A stretch of 64,000 nucleotides of DNA from Chrysomallon squamiferum (taxonomy: Eukaryota > Animalia > Mollusca): contig CM022679.1 in assembly GCA_012295275.1 (NCBI GenBank), positions 24,304,001 through 24,368,000 on the forward strand, in the 5' to 3' direction. Shown piece by piece: positions 12,835 through 25,400 of this stretch. Under the pieces are notes generated by a model. That model was not told the origin of the DNA, did not search any database, and worked only from the letters and a program-made list of their open reading frames with translations. Position 1 is the stretch's first letter. Each line of letters opens with the position of its first letter. Both the position numbers and the translations under genes were made by a program.

Positions 12835-15084
12835 TCAGATTCTTACTGTGTCTGATCCTCCTAAGGAAGGTATGAATATTTGCTAAAACTTTTGTTATAC
12901 TGTTTTTCACTCATTTGTAACAAAATAAATCTGTATTAACAAAAAAAAATATGCAAAACCTCCCCAAAAAAAAAAAAAAACAAAAAAAAAAAAATCCACC
13001 TAAAACAAAATCGTACTAATACTACTAACATATTTTTTTTTTTTTTTTATATTTAAAAATTTCTTTTGTCATGCACTTTAAATAGAAAATTAAGGATACA
13101 AATGCCATTCAGTGTGTTTGTTCATGGATGAAAGTTAACAAAGAGGAGGTTACTCTGAGTGCTGTAGTCTATAAATAAAATGTAAATTATGCCATTGTTG
13201 TATTTCTAATAATCACTGTGTTCATCATTAACTGACATATTTATTAGTATCTTACTGTATTAAGAACTAAGACAGTTTTAATAACAACAGTTCACATTAA
13301 TTCTTATTTCTGTTCTGCAGGTCCAGTCAGTGAGGAAGGTCCAGTGCACACAGTTAGACCAGGAAAACCACACCTGGATATGTCAGCCATTGCAGCAGCC
13401 ATGGAATGTAATTACAGCATTGAACAAATTCGTGAAGCCATCCTTACATTTTTCTTTTCGTCCCGTGAGTCCAGTGATGTAGATAAATCACATACAAGCA
13501 ACCACAGCTGTTTTTTCTTTATTAACAGTGAAATGCATCTTCTCCCAAAGATTCAAGAAATTTACAAATTTTGAAATCCTCTTCTAATAATAGTATTATT
13601 ATTATTACTTGTATATAAATAGTTCTTATTACAAACTGTTTGTCCAATATGAACCATCCAATGAAATTAAATTGTTCTTAAATAAATAAATATATGGTAC
13701 TATGTAAACAATATATTTTAAATTTTGATATTCAGTATTTATATGTATAATAATTTGTTATTTTATTTAAGGTGGTCTCTACCCTAATGAAACATTATTG
13801 CTGGGATTGCTGCAAGCAGCTGATAAAAATTTTGATATGGTTAGAAAGAACAAAGAAGATCTTAGAAAGAACAAAGAAGATCTTAGAAAAACAGATGGTG
13901 CACTGCAGAATACTTTCCAGCAGCTGCAGAGAAAGGATGGAGAACTGCAGAGAGAGAGAGAAGAGTTAGAGAGAAAAGAAATAGAATTACAGAGAAAGGA
14001 ACTTGAGGCTCGAGCAGCTCAGATTAAACTTCACAGAGAACAGCAGACTCACTTGGCTTTGGCTGAGGGTCAGGCAGCAGTCATACGTAGACATGTCCAG
14101 GAGATTAGAAACAGAGAACAGCAGTACCAGCAACAACTACAGCAGAGAGATCAGTTACTACAGCAGAGAGATCAACATTACCAGCAACAACTACAGCAGA
14201 GAGATCAGTTACTGTACATTGCACATCAGCAGCTTGACAACCAGACAGAACAGCTGAACAACAGACAGCAGATTCAAAATAACTTGACTGAGATGATCAG
14301 ACGTCTGGCAAATGAGCTGCAGAGACTGGGTCGAGATGCTCGAGGTTTGAAACATTTAATGATTTGATTATTGTTTTGTACACATACATAAAAAAACATT
14401 TTTATTATTTTTATACAATATCAATTTTTGTGTTAAAATGGATGATTAACTATTATGTAGCAAACTCGTTGATGATAGATTTATTTAAATGTGGGATGTT
14501 CATTATTTTTATCATGTTACAAGAAGAGTAAGTCTTAAAGATTATCTGAATTAGATTTTCCCTGAACTCTGTTAATAACTATTTTGGTATATACACATGC
14601 ACAATTATTATTATTTTTTTGTTTATGTCAAACTTTTTAAAATGGACTACTGACTAATGACAAATATTAATTTTAATATTTATAAGATCGCATATAATTA
14701 TATGTAAAAATATCAAATTCACAGTAATTTAAAAAAAATAATAACCATTTAAAGTTACTGTTACCAAATTTCATCTACTTTGGTTCTTATTTTATTTTTT
14801 TAATTTATTTTTTTAATTTATTGTATAGAAAATAACTAATAGTTGTTTATGTCATAATCATTTTTCTGTTTTCAGATATACCAGATGACAACTCAGATGA
14901 TGGTTCTTCAACACCTCCAGGTGTTCCTAGATGTAAAGTTTGTCTGTCAGAAGATGTAAATGTTCTATTCAGACCTTGTCGACACGTTTGTTGTGGAGCC
15001 CAGTGTGCACCTCAGTTTGTAAATGAAGCATGTCCAGTCTGTCGTACAGTTGTACAGGAGTATGAGCTTGTCTTCATATCATAA
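10321..15084 (+). CDS. IAP/BIRC family E3 ligase copy A: 3xBIR-UBA-coiled coil-RING. Exons 10321-11185, 11984-12148, 12839-12869, 13321-13464, 13772-14344, 14876-15084. 661 aa if the extra C near 12073 is removed, otherwise it stops at 12084.
   Basis: BIR1 RLVSF..AGF..CFAC..H..C; BIR2 RLLTF..NGF..CVFC..H..C; BIR3 RKKTFEYWP..AGFYFTG|CSDKVVCFACG..PWVEHAR; UBA-like AAMECNYSIEQIREAI; RING CKVC..PCRH..CPVCR ending VFIS. All introns are GT/AG and phase-compatible after the 1-bp correction. Confidence 0.88.
12771..12833 (+). repeat. (ATT)n microsatellite directly upstream of the micro-exon acceptor
   Basis: Pure ATT run ending at tttcag 12838. Confidence 0.95.
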
Positions 15085-18000
15085 ATACTATCTTATATAT
15101 CATATATATGATGATCATAATGTTCAGTTTGATACCATATCCTGGTTTAATGAATAATCATGTACATTTTCATAGTATGTATTTGTCACAAATGACTTTT
15201 TTTAAAAATATATATTGTATCATATATAAATATCACTGATTTGATATTGCATTACATTGTGAGACACACCTTGTCATTAATAATATCTTACTTGAAATTT
15301 ATGATATTAATTATAGTTCTGTCATGTGGACATAAATATTCATGGTGCCATAGATTTAACAGTAAAATCATTTTGTAGAGAATAGTTATTTTTCACAAAA
15401 ATTTGCAGTTTTGACACATAGTGATGTATACAGTTGTGTATGTTCATGCTTGGATGTAAAACTGTTACAGAATTACAGTTTTTTATATATTGTTTGACTG
15501 TGAAGTACCATATGTTTGCTGTTGTCATAAATAATTTAAGATTTTAATTTTGATGTGGACATTTGAAGTTTAACAGTAAAACCATTTTGTCATTAGACAT
15601 TACTTGTATTAGAGATTTATTATAATGGTATTGACAGAGAAAAGTTATTTTTCCTAATAATTTGCAGTTTTCAGACGTGTATGTATATAGTTGTGTACAT
15701 TCATGCATGCATATAAATCAGCACAAACACACACACACACACACACACACATTTATCATACGTACCCATACTCATATATACATACATAAAAAACATTTAC
15801 ATATAAAACTGTATATAAATAAAATGTATATGTATATAGATTTATCATATGGAGTAGATAAAAAAAATTATATTTGTTATAAATCTCAATTTATCAACCA
15901 GTGTAGAAATATCTTCACTTTACAAATTTTTATTACATTTATTTATTTAACAGCACAAATTCTGAAGTTAATATTGTATTTCAGAAATTCATAAAATGTA
16001 GTAATTTTAAAGATTACAATGTATTCCAGTAAAAATTCAGTAATTAAGTCTGTACACTGGTGTGAGATTTTCTTCCTAACACTGTTTATTAATAAATGGC
16101 AGTTATTTTGAAATAGGGCACAAAGCAAAATAATTTGGTCATTGGAAATTCTTTACATCAATAATGTTAAAACAATTAACAGCTGATATCCAAATTTAGT
16201 TGTTTGTAAATAATATGAAATCAACGCTGGTATTTAACAGAAATCAAGGAAAGGAACATTTTCAAACTACAATTACTTTCTTTTACTAGAAGTGTAGATA
16301 AGAATAACAAAACCACATTTGAATAAGAAGTAAAATGAATTTAATAATATTAATTGTAACACAAAAGATCACCAAAAGAATTTAGAAATAACATATTAAA
16401 AAAAAAAAAAAAATAAAATAATAAAGCAGTAAAAATAATCATATTAGTGCTATTTGATTTTAAATATGTTGTTTATATTCACTTGATATCCTGCATATAA
16501 AAGTTATGTGTTTTATAGTTTGTTCTGGATGTCATACATTAATTGTGTTCATTTTTGTGTATTAACATTCTTTCAGTAGTAATGTAAATTTGTAGTAATT
16601 AATTTTTGCATTATCATTATTTTATAAATATTTTAAAAGATACTGTATTTCTGTACTAAATTCTTTTGATATTATATAGGAAAGGAAGAATTATTATTAG
16701 CTAAAACAAAACTATTACTTGAACTATGCATGGGTACATTTGAAACCTATTTTATGTTGAAATATGATTTTTTGGTTTAAATCATGTAGGTTAATTAAAT
16801 TTATTTTATTTTATTTTTTTTTTTTTTTTTTTCAGTCTAATATTTTCAGCCAATTTTTCTGGAATATTGTGGTTTTATCTTTTTTTTTAAAGTATGGTAT
16901 ATATATATATATATATCCTGTATATAATATTTCATAGATTAATTATGTTAAAGATATAATTATAAGAAACTGTTAACTTTTTTTTATACATTAGAGATAT
17001 TTTATTATTAAACTCATATTTCCAAAACATTTTTTCATTCATTCTTAAAGTTTGTACATATTTTTAAATTTTCAAAATTGTCAGTTTTTCAAAAGATTTT
17101 TTTTTTAAAGATATTCATTTGATTTATCCTTTTTTTAACAAAAATCTTTTAGCATTTTACTAATTAATTAATTTATTATTATTATTATTATTATTACTGT
17201 TAATATTAACTTTTGTTAGATAATTTAGAACTAGTCTTCTGAACATTTTGTAGGTAAATATAGACTTTTACTGTGTAATATAAATGCATGTTACTTGTAT
17301 ATTATGTATGAAATATTGTGGAGGATTTATGTGCAAGAATATGAATTCATATTTTTTGTATAATAATTTTCATTATCTTTTTCTTTCTTCTATTCACACA
17401 TTATTTCTGCATCTTATTTCATTTTCTTCAAAATATGGCAGCATAATGTAGTTGTTCTTTATTTTTATTTTTTTAAATTTCAGACATGAATGTCATTAAC
17501 TATTTGATACAATTTTGTATTTGATATATTTCTAACAATGTAAATTATTTTTTGTATTTACCAGATTTTTTTTGTTTAGCAAACTACTTAATCAATAAGT
17601 TTTGATTTAAGAAAATACTATCAATTATTATTATTTTTATTTTGATTCAGACAAATACGTATGTTATACATATTTACTTCAAAATTTTGATTGAACTTCC
17701 ATTAATTTGTTTTTCATCCGTTTTGTATTGTCAGATTTATTAAAAGGCAGCACTGACATTTTTTACTATATTTTTCATTGTTTATTTAAAAGATAATAGA
17801 AAAGTTAATCTCTTTTTTTCTTTTTCTACCTGGTAAATCTGTTTCGGTCAATAAAGGTCAATTTGTTTTTATTTAAAGTAATATTTATTATTATTTATTT
17901 AATCATGTAATAAACAACTATAAATGTTATGTTGAAAAGAACTGTATCAAAATTAAAATGTTTATTAAAGAGAAGATATAAATATTTTTTCATTTTACAT

Positions 18001-18859
18001 TGTATATAAAGTTGCAATGTTTTTAAATTATTCCTGGAATCCTGAGTGCTACATTTGCACTTTTTAATGGAATTTTTAGCTATTTATTTTTAATTACAAA
18101 AATGAAATAGTAATAAAATAAAAAACTTATAAACCTTTCACTGGTAAAAAGTTTTAACTCTTAAGACATTTTTTTAATCATTTTTGTGTTTTCTTTTACA
18201 GATGTTCATTGTGGAAATATTTTTATAATGAAACTATTATACCTAACTTTTTTTGAAATTATTAAATTACAAATAGCAGATGTTATAAATATGTCTGTTT
18301 CTGTACTGTTAAAATCAAGTCCAAGATTATCTATGCATTCTGAAAATACAACAAGATTTAGATCTCTGTTCTGTTATCTTTTGACTCTGTTTTTCTACCT
18401 AAATAAACTATTTAATAGTCTTTGATTTCTGTGATCTATTTTAAATTTATTATTAATTAATAATTTTGTTTCAGATGTGTTAGTCTTTCAAATATAATTA
18501 AACTCCAGTTGTTGTAAATGAATATAAGTGAATTGATCAACAATATCTCAAGACATTTGTGATAAAGAGATAAAGACTGTATAACTAATGTACAAATTTG
18601 TATGGATGAAAAAGAAACTAGTTAGGCAGGACACTATAAAACCAACACCAGCAAATATATTGGTGTCTTCAACATTGTTACACTGATACCCATTTTTTAA
18701 ATAAATATACAAAAAAAAAAATAATAATAATGATAATGCTTAAAAGGTTTTTTATGAACAGTGAATTCTCAAATGACACTTCTAACAACTTGGCTGTGAA
18801 AACGTTTTTAAAAAATATTTCATATTTAAATTTTTTTTTTCACTAGTATGATTTCTCTT

Positions 18860-19643
18860 GCATTTAAGCTTTTTTTTTTTTTTTTTTTTTAAATTTATTT
18901 AAAAAGCGGGCATTATATTATAATGTTGAAGACACACAATATATCTGCAGTCATGTTTTGTGTCACATGATAAAATGGAACCTAAGGGATCCAATCTTAA
19001 AAGTTATTTAAAAGGGGATGCTGAAATATGTTGCCTGATTAGAATAACCAAATATGACATCATTCCTTCATGTCTGAAAAAAAAGAGAGATTCAGTGGCT
19101 TATGGCTCAAAAGAAAGAGCCTACTTGTTTGCAAAAATGTTCTGGTTATTAAGGTATGTTACAGTTAAGTGAGAAAGAGATGCAATTCTAACTCTAAGGA
19201 AAGTGATAGAAATATTTATTTAGCATCTTCCTCAAAACAAACTTCCTTGATATTTTAAATTTGTTTTAATAATAAATTTATTTAACATACTGATAAAGAG
19301 AAATAACCTGGTATTTTAAATCTATTTTAATTAAACTGATGAGATTGTGAAAAATATTTATATAATATTTTTTTCTTGTTTGATGTTTTAACTTGACTAA
19401 TAGTTCTGTTGTGTCCTACAGCAGTGGTTCTTAATCTTTTATTTATTTATTTACTTATTTATTTATTTATTTATTATTTTTTTGAGCATCCCCTTTTAAA
19501 TAACTTTTAAGATTGGATCCCTTAGGTTCCATTTTATCATGTGACACAAAACATGACTGCAAATATATTGGTGTTCTTCAACATTAATACATTGATGCCT
19601 GCTTTTTAAATAAATTAAAAAAAAAAAAAAAAACTTAAATGCA
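18860..19643. repeat. Inverted repeat, ~160-bp arms (18860-19022 and 19486-19643) with ~460-bp spacer
   Basis: gcagtcatgttttgtgtcacatgataaaatggaacctaagggatccaatcttaaaagttatttaaaaggggatgct is the exact reverse complement of the stretch starting at 19486. Confidence 0.92.
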
Positions 19644-20191
19644 TGAATTCTCAAATGACCCTTCTAACAACTCAGCTGTAAAAAACGTTTTTTTTTTAAA
19701 AATGTCAAATTAAAATTTTTTTTTTTTTAAATGTCAAATTTAAATGTTTTTTTCTTTGAAATTGTAATTATGTTAAAAAAACAAAGAAAAACAAACATTT
19801 AACAAATTTCATATTTGAAAGGTTTTTACAAATACAAACTTTTGTGTGTCATTCAAGAAGCCCAACTTCAGAGAAGTAAATATAAAATAAAAGAATGAAA
19901 TTTTGATGACATCCCACTACAACAAACACTTGGCTCCTGAGTGTCAAACATGTTAATAATGAAATTAGATAGTGTGTGAAAATGGCAGTAAGATTGAATA
20001 ATTATTCCAAAAATAATAGGACGTATCAAGACTTATATTTTACAGATATTCATTAATCATATGAAATACTGATGTATTTCTTTTGAATTTTAATTTTTAA
20101 TCCATTTCACTCTGTAACAGTTACTGTATTCTGGTTAAAGCTCAAAATGGTTTTAACTTTTTTATAGACTAAGCAGAAACACAGAATTTGT

Positions 20192-20231
<40 letters not shown>

Positions 20232-20999
20232 TTATTAATGGCAGCAGCAGTACTGATCTAGTGTAACAATCCAGATTAAGCTTTTAGACCAAAATATAAC
20301 CCAGTGATTTAAAATGGCTTGAACAATAGACATACTACATCAGTGTTTATATTGGCCTTGACTGAGTATACCCCACCAGTCTAGACTATAACCTGTTTTG
20401 TTTTTCCATAAATTAGTCTGTTTGAATGTCCAGCTTCCATATCATCTTTGTATTAACCACTCCAACACTGACGATCAACACTGATAGTATAATAAGACAC
20501 AGCAAAAACCTCATAGTTACTGAATCATGTTGGTCAGTGAGGTCTCTCAACAGCATGTAGCACATGGGTTAAACAGTTATTTTGTCCTCACAGGTCATAG
20601 TAATGGAGAAGACTGATGACACTATTAGCACATTTCACATTTACTGAATAGTCCATAAGCAATGTCGCCTGATTAGAATAACTAAATATGGCATCATTCC
20701 TTCATGTCTGAAATAGACTGATCCAAGCTGTAAATGGTAAGATAAGTAATTCAGCTCTTGTGAAAAACCCACACTGTAATGCTTCCCCATCACCTATCTA
20801 TCAATGCCTTTTTGAAGTGAGGTATGGCTGCAGTCCAAACCTGCCAATTTTTCTGAATTCTGCTGACAATAGAGATGGAAATTATTTCCCAGGTTCAGCC
20901 TCTCCAGATGATCAGAAGACATCTCACACCAAACAGTTTGTTGACTCTACTGGCAATTCAACAAATTTGAAAAACTCATGAACCATATTACAATGTTTT

Positions 21000-21310
21000 T
21001 CTTTTTTGATAAATCTAGTGACTGCTTATTTATACTAAACCCATGTGTACTTCATTTAGCTCATGATTTACTGGAGTTTCCATTTGATTAGTCTGTAACA
21101 GCATTTAAATCAGTCTCGGGCAAACTGCGGCCCGCATGGCTTTCTGAGTGGCCTGCCTAATTGTTCCACTTACACTGTAAATTAGTACCTGCTTATTCTC
21201 ATGTGGCCTGCTTCTCAAAAAACATTGCCCATGCCTGATTTAAATGATTAAAATTGAGTACTGTTGTGGAGAAGGCTGTATCATCAGCAAGTGAAAATAG
21301 ATCAAAAGCT
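21000..21310 (-). mobile_element. Degraded LINE (CR1/L2-like) reverse transcriptase fragment, split by a MITE
   Basis: Minus strand reads SLADDTAF, then VNHELNEV..(frameshift)FSINKQSLDLSK. This resembles the FADDT...N.EL..V..W...NKLSLN..KT segment of CR1/L2 RTs. A more decayed copy lies at ~36420-36540. Confidence 0.55.
21111..21237. mobile_element. hAT-type (Charlie-like) MITE
   Basis: Termini cagtctcgggcaa...ttgcccatgcctg, with a perfect 8-bp TSD atttaaat at 21103-21110 and 21238-21245. Confidence 0.85.
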
Positions 21311-21996
21311 TAATACTGTATTCTTGAATATTTCATGTGTCTGAAAATGAGTCCTACAATCTGCACAGTTAACTTTTAACCCCATTTATTATTAGGGCAG
21401 GGGATCTATGTTAGGTTTCTTATTTCAATGAACACTATGTCATACATTTCTAAATATGTATCAGAAACCTAATAACACTGTCTAGTTACAATGCAAATGT
21501 CAGCATATATCACTTTGTTTATTTTCTAATTTACTATTGATATATTTATAAATGATCTTGTATTATTACTGCCGATCTTGAAAACTTTTATTTTACTTTA
21601 TTATAACCGTTATGATAACCGTTTCTGTCTGACATTTCTTTGCTTAATTTCCTATTTTTCTAATAATTATTTATGTATCTACCTGATTCAAAGTTTTCAT
21701 TTAATTTCGTTCTAAAGCTAACCATAATAGATTATTTGATTCCCGCAAAGAAATATATTTTGTTTCAGCTGTTTTTATGGACAGCTGAACTCCAACCGGA
21801 ATTTATTTCTTCTCATTCTTCGGAATGACTAATAAATGACCAGAAGCCATTCGTACTGCAATAAATGCTGTTCTTAAATCGTTAATTTTAAATAGAAAGT
21901 GCTTATGAGCTTCCTGACAGTTGCTGACTGTTGATGGGTGTTTCGAAATATTCTATTCATATGTAGAACGAAGTTGTTTCCCTTGCAAATATGAAA

Positions 21997-22036
<40 letters not shown>

Positions 22037-22084
22037 GTCTATACACTATTCGTACTGCAAACGATATTGTTTTTAACTTCCTGA

Positions 22085-22384
22085 ATGTTGCTGACGGTTC
22101 TCATCGCTGTTCGGTTAGTGACGTCGAATCACGTGAAGATTAATATGGATGGAAATCCACAATCGTCGGCGCTTTCTTTACATCCAGAGTCTGAAAAAGA
22201 AGATGTCAGAAAAAAGAATGTTGAATGTTTTGTGGAAACAGGTTATTAGTAACTACCTCAGCTAACTTTATTATTATTATTATTATTATTTTGTTTTCCT
22301 GCTACTAATGTTAAATCTCTAATATGAAACTGAAAGAAGGAAAATGTTGACAATACAAACTGTAATACTTCATTCTGTTAAAGA

Positions 22385-22452
<68 letters not shown>

Positions 22453-25400
22453 CGTATAATACGTATATTACTTACTCATCAAATACTTTAAATAGTATAG
22501 GTTTAATTTGATATAAAGATGCACACACATACATACATATGTATACTTAATGTTTTTCTATTTATGGATGTATAGACAGCAAAATCCAATGATTACATGC
22601 ATGTGGATACATTACTGAAAACATAAATCAATACACATAACCAGAAATGAATACCAAGTTTTTATATGTTTACATATCCATTTTCCAAAGTTGCCAGAAG
22701 TTATTCAATCCATACTGAAATTTTAATAACTTATTAGCACTAGATCAGTCATGGGCAAACTGCAGCCTGCCTGAGTTCACAAGGAAAATAACATAATTTT
22801 ATAACATGAGTCTGTTTTATATCTACTAATATACTAAAACAAATGTAATTTTTTTTATTAAAACAGTTCCTGAAGTAAATGAAAATGAAAAAATTCTTAA
22901 AATAAACTCGTAAAAACACAAAATCGCATAAATTAGTACCTGCATCCCATGTGAGGATGAACCATATCTCATCTGGCCTGCTTCTCTAAACAGGTTGCCC
23001 ATGCCTGCAGTAGATATTTTAGATCATTAGTACAATTCATTTTCTTATAGCTTATAATCTTTGATTACCATGTTTGTTCACAGTTGAGCAGATAGGATCA
23101 GAGGTTTACACATGCTTTCAAAACCTATCATCATTACTGTCATCTGGGCTATTTTTGCCTCATTTACAATGTCATCATCCATCATTTCTGTTCAGAATGG
23201 AATAGGGTTGTCCAGACTGATACAGTCCTGCATGGTGCATTGTGTCAGTCCATGTGACATTAGTGTAGATAAAGCAATGTCATTTCAAAAGCAAAGTTTT
23301 ATTGCAGCCTGTATGAAATAGAGATGACTACGGCAGGAATATTTCTTTACATTTAATCAATAACCCATGTTTCTTTATTTACCAAGTATAACAATAGCAT
23401 AACCATTCCAGCACTTGAAGTTTTCAAATGCTAATTTTTCTTAAGTCAGTATAAAATGAATTTGAGAAATAGTTTTTTTTACTGCTCTACATTTGTGAAA
23501 ATATCTGTCTGAATTGTTAAAGTTTGAATTTTATTTCAAGGCTGATTTTCATTTATTTTTTATTTTATATTTTTTTTTGTTTTATCTCCTAACAAAATTC
23601 TGCACACTGATCAAGAATTCACCTGATTTATTCTAACAACTGTAATTTTCCTTCACAACTGACTATATTTTCTTATCTTTAATGACATGTGTATATATAT
23701 ATATGTGCATGTGTAATTACACATATACACCTATATACATGGATTATCATGATAATGTTAGGCTAAAGAAAAGAAAAAAAGAAATATTGGTATTACTTAA
23801 GCAAAAGATAAATGAATAGACAAGAATGTTTTGTTTACTGTAATTCATATTGTGTTTATGTTGGTGTTTTACTATTCTAGTGCACACTACATTTTTTCAT
23901 AATCATCAGTAATTGCTAATTTATTTTTAATGTATTCAGATAAAGGTGTGGAGGAGTCCAGTCAGTCATCTAAATGTCAGTTGGTCAGAGAGGAAAAAGG
24001 GGAGGAGTTCACTAAGCAAACTCCTCAAATGACACAGGTATATTCATTAGTAGATTAATTTGGACTCTATTAGTGTTAGTAAATAAGTTGTTGATATTCT
24101 GTGGCATATATTTTGAATAAAACTGTTAACATATTAAAATTATCACACAACAAAATTAATAAAATGAAATGCAGTTACCTTGAGGTTGTCTCAGCAGATT
24201 TATGTATGAAGTGCTGTCATATAATTTATTGTTTATTTATTGCATTTTCCATTTGTCAATAATCAAACAGGGATCCATGCAATGTCAGTATGTATTTAAT
24301 GTGTAGAAACCAAAAAAACCACAAAAACCTGAATATTGTGGTATTATTATTATTATTATTATTATGATTCTTGTTATTTCAGGTGCCTACAGTGTCTGAT
24401 GCACCTGAAGAAGGTATGAATGTTTATTAAATGGTTTTCATTCACTTCAAAATAATTCTGCATTACAGAGCTCCAGAAAAAATCCCCAACAAAAGCATAA
24501 TAACTTGTTTTTTAGATTTATTATCTGTTTTGTAGATTGAAATAGTTAAAGACACAAATGGACATCTTTGTGTGTGTGTGTAAAGAGAAAATTATGTTTC
24601 TTGGTCCATAAATAAAAAGTAATCTTGATCATTGTTACATTTCTGACAACCACAATCTTCATCATTTACTGTCACATAAATATTACTCTGTGACAGAATT
24701 AGTAATTAGTTTCATATTATTTCTGTTCTATTAATACATTTTTTTATAAATAGTTCTAGTTACAGACAGATTGTTTAATATTAAGCATCCAATGAAATTA
24801 AATTGTTTTTAAAATTTTGTTGTGGTATACAGTAAATTACATATTTTAAATGTTTTGTTAAAGTCCATGCACAGCAGAGTAGTTTACAGCAGTCAGAGAG
24901 AATGATTCAGAAACTTGGCAGAGAGATAGAAGAATTAAAGAAAGAACTTGAGAATCACAGAATGGTCCTAAAGATGTATGAGCAAGGACTACAAGAGGAA
25001 AATAAACAAGTGTTCACTAATATTCAAGGTTTGAAATATTTTATGATTTCATTATTAGTTATGTCGGAAACTAAAGATTTTATTTAATTTTGGATTTAAA
25101 ATTATTCTTACAATCTCAACTACTTACTACTATGGTTTAGACCATATATAGTGATTTATATCACAGCATTTAGTTGTGTCTGCAAAGTGAAGGTCAATGT
25201 TGCTAACTAAGACGTAGTAACACCCTCTGCCCTTAAACTGAGTTTCATGATGCTCATGTCTATGCATTTTCTAAATCTACTCTTACTATGGATTAAATCA
25301 TATATAGTTATTTATTCCATAGCACTGAGTTCTCTCTGTAGGTAGGAACAAAATGGTTTATAAATTGCATTGATATATCCATCCCTGATAGTCAAGACCT

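Noticed and set aside
18186-18425. Conserved acceptor-like ttttacag|atgtt block at ~18200, ~30485 and ~58080
   Set aside because: Explained by the segmental duplication; indels break the frame between copies.
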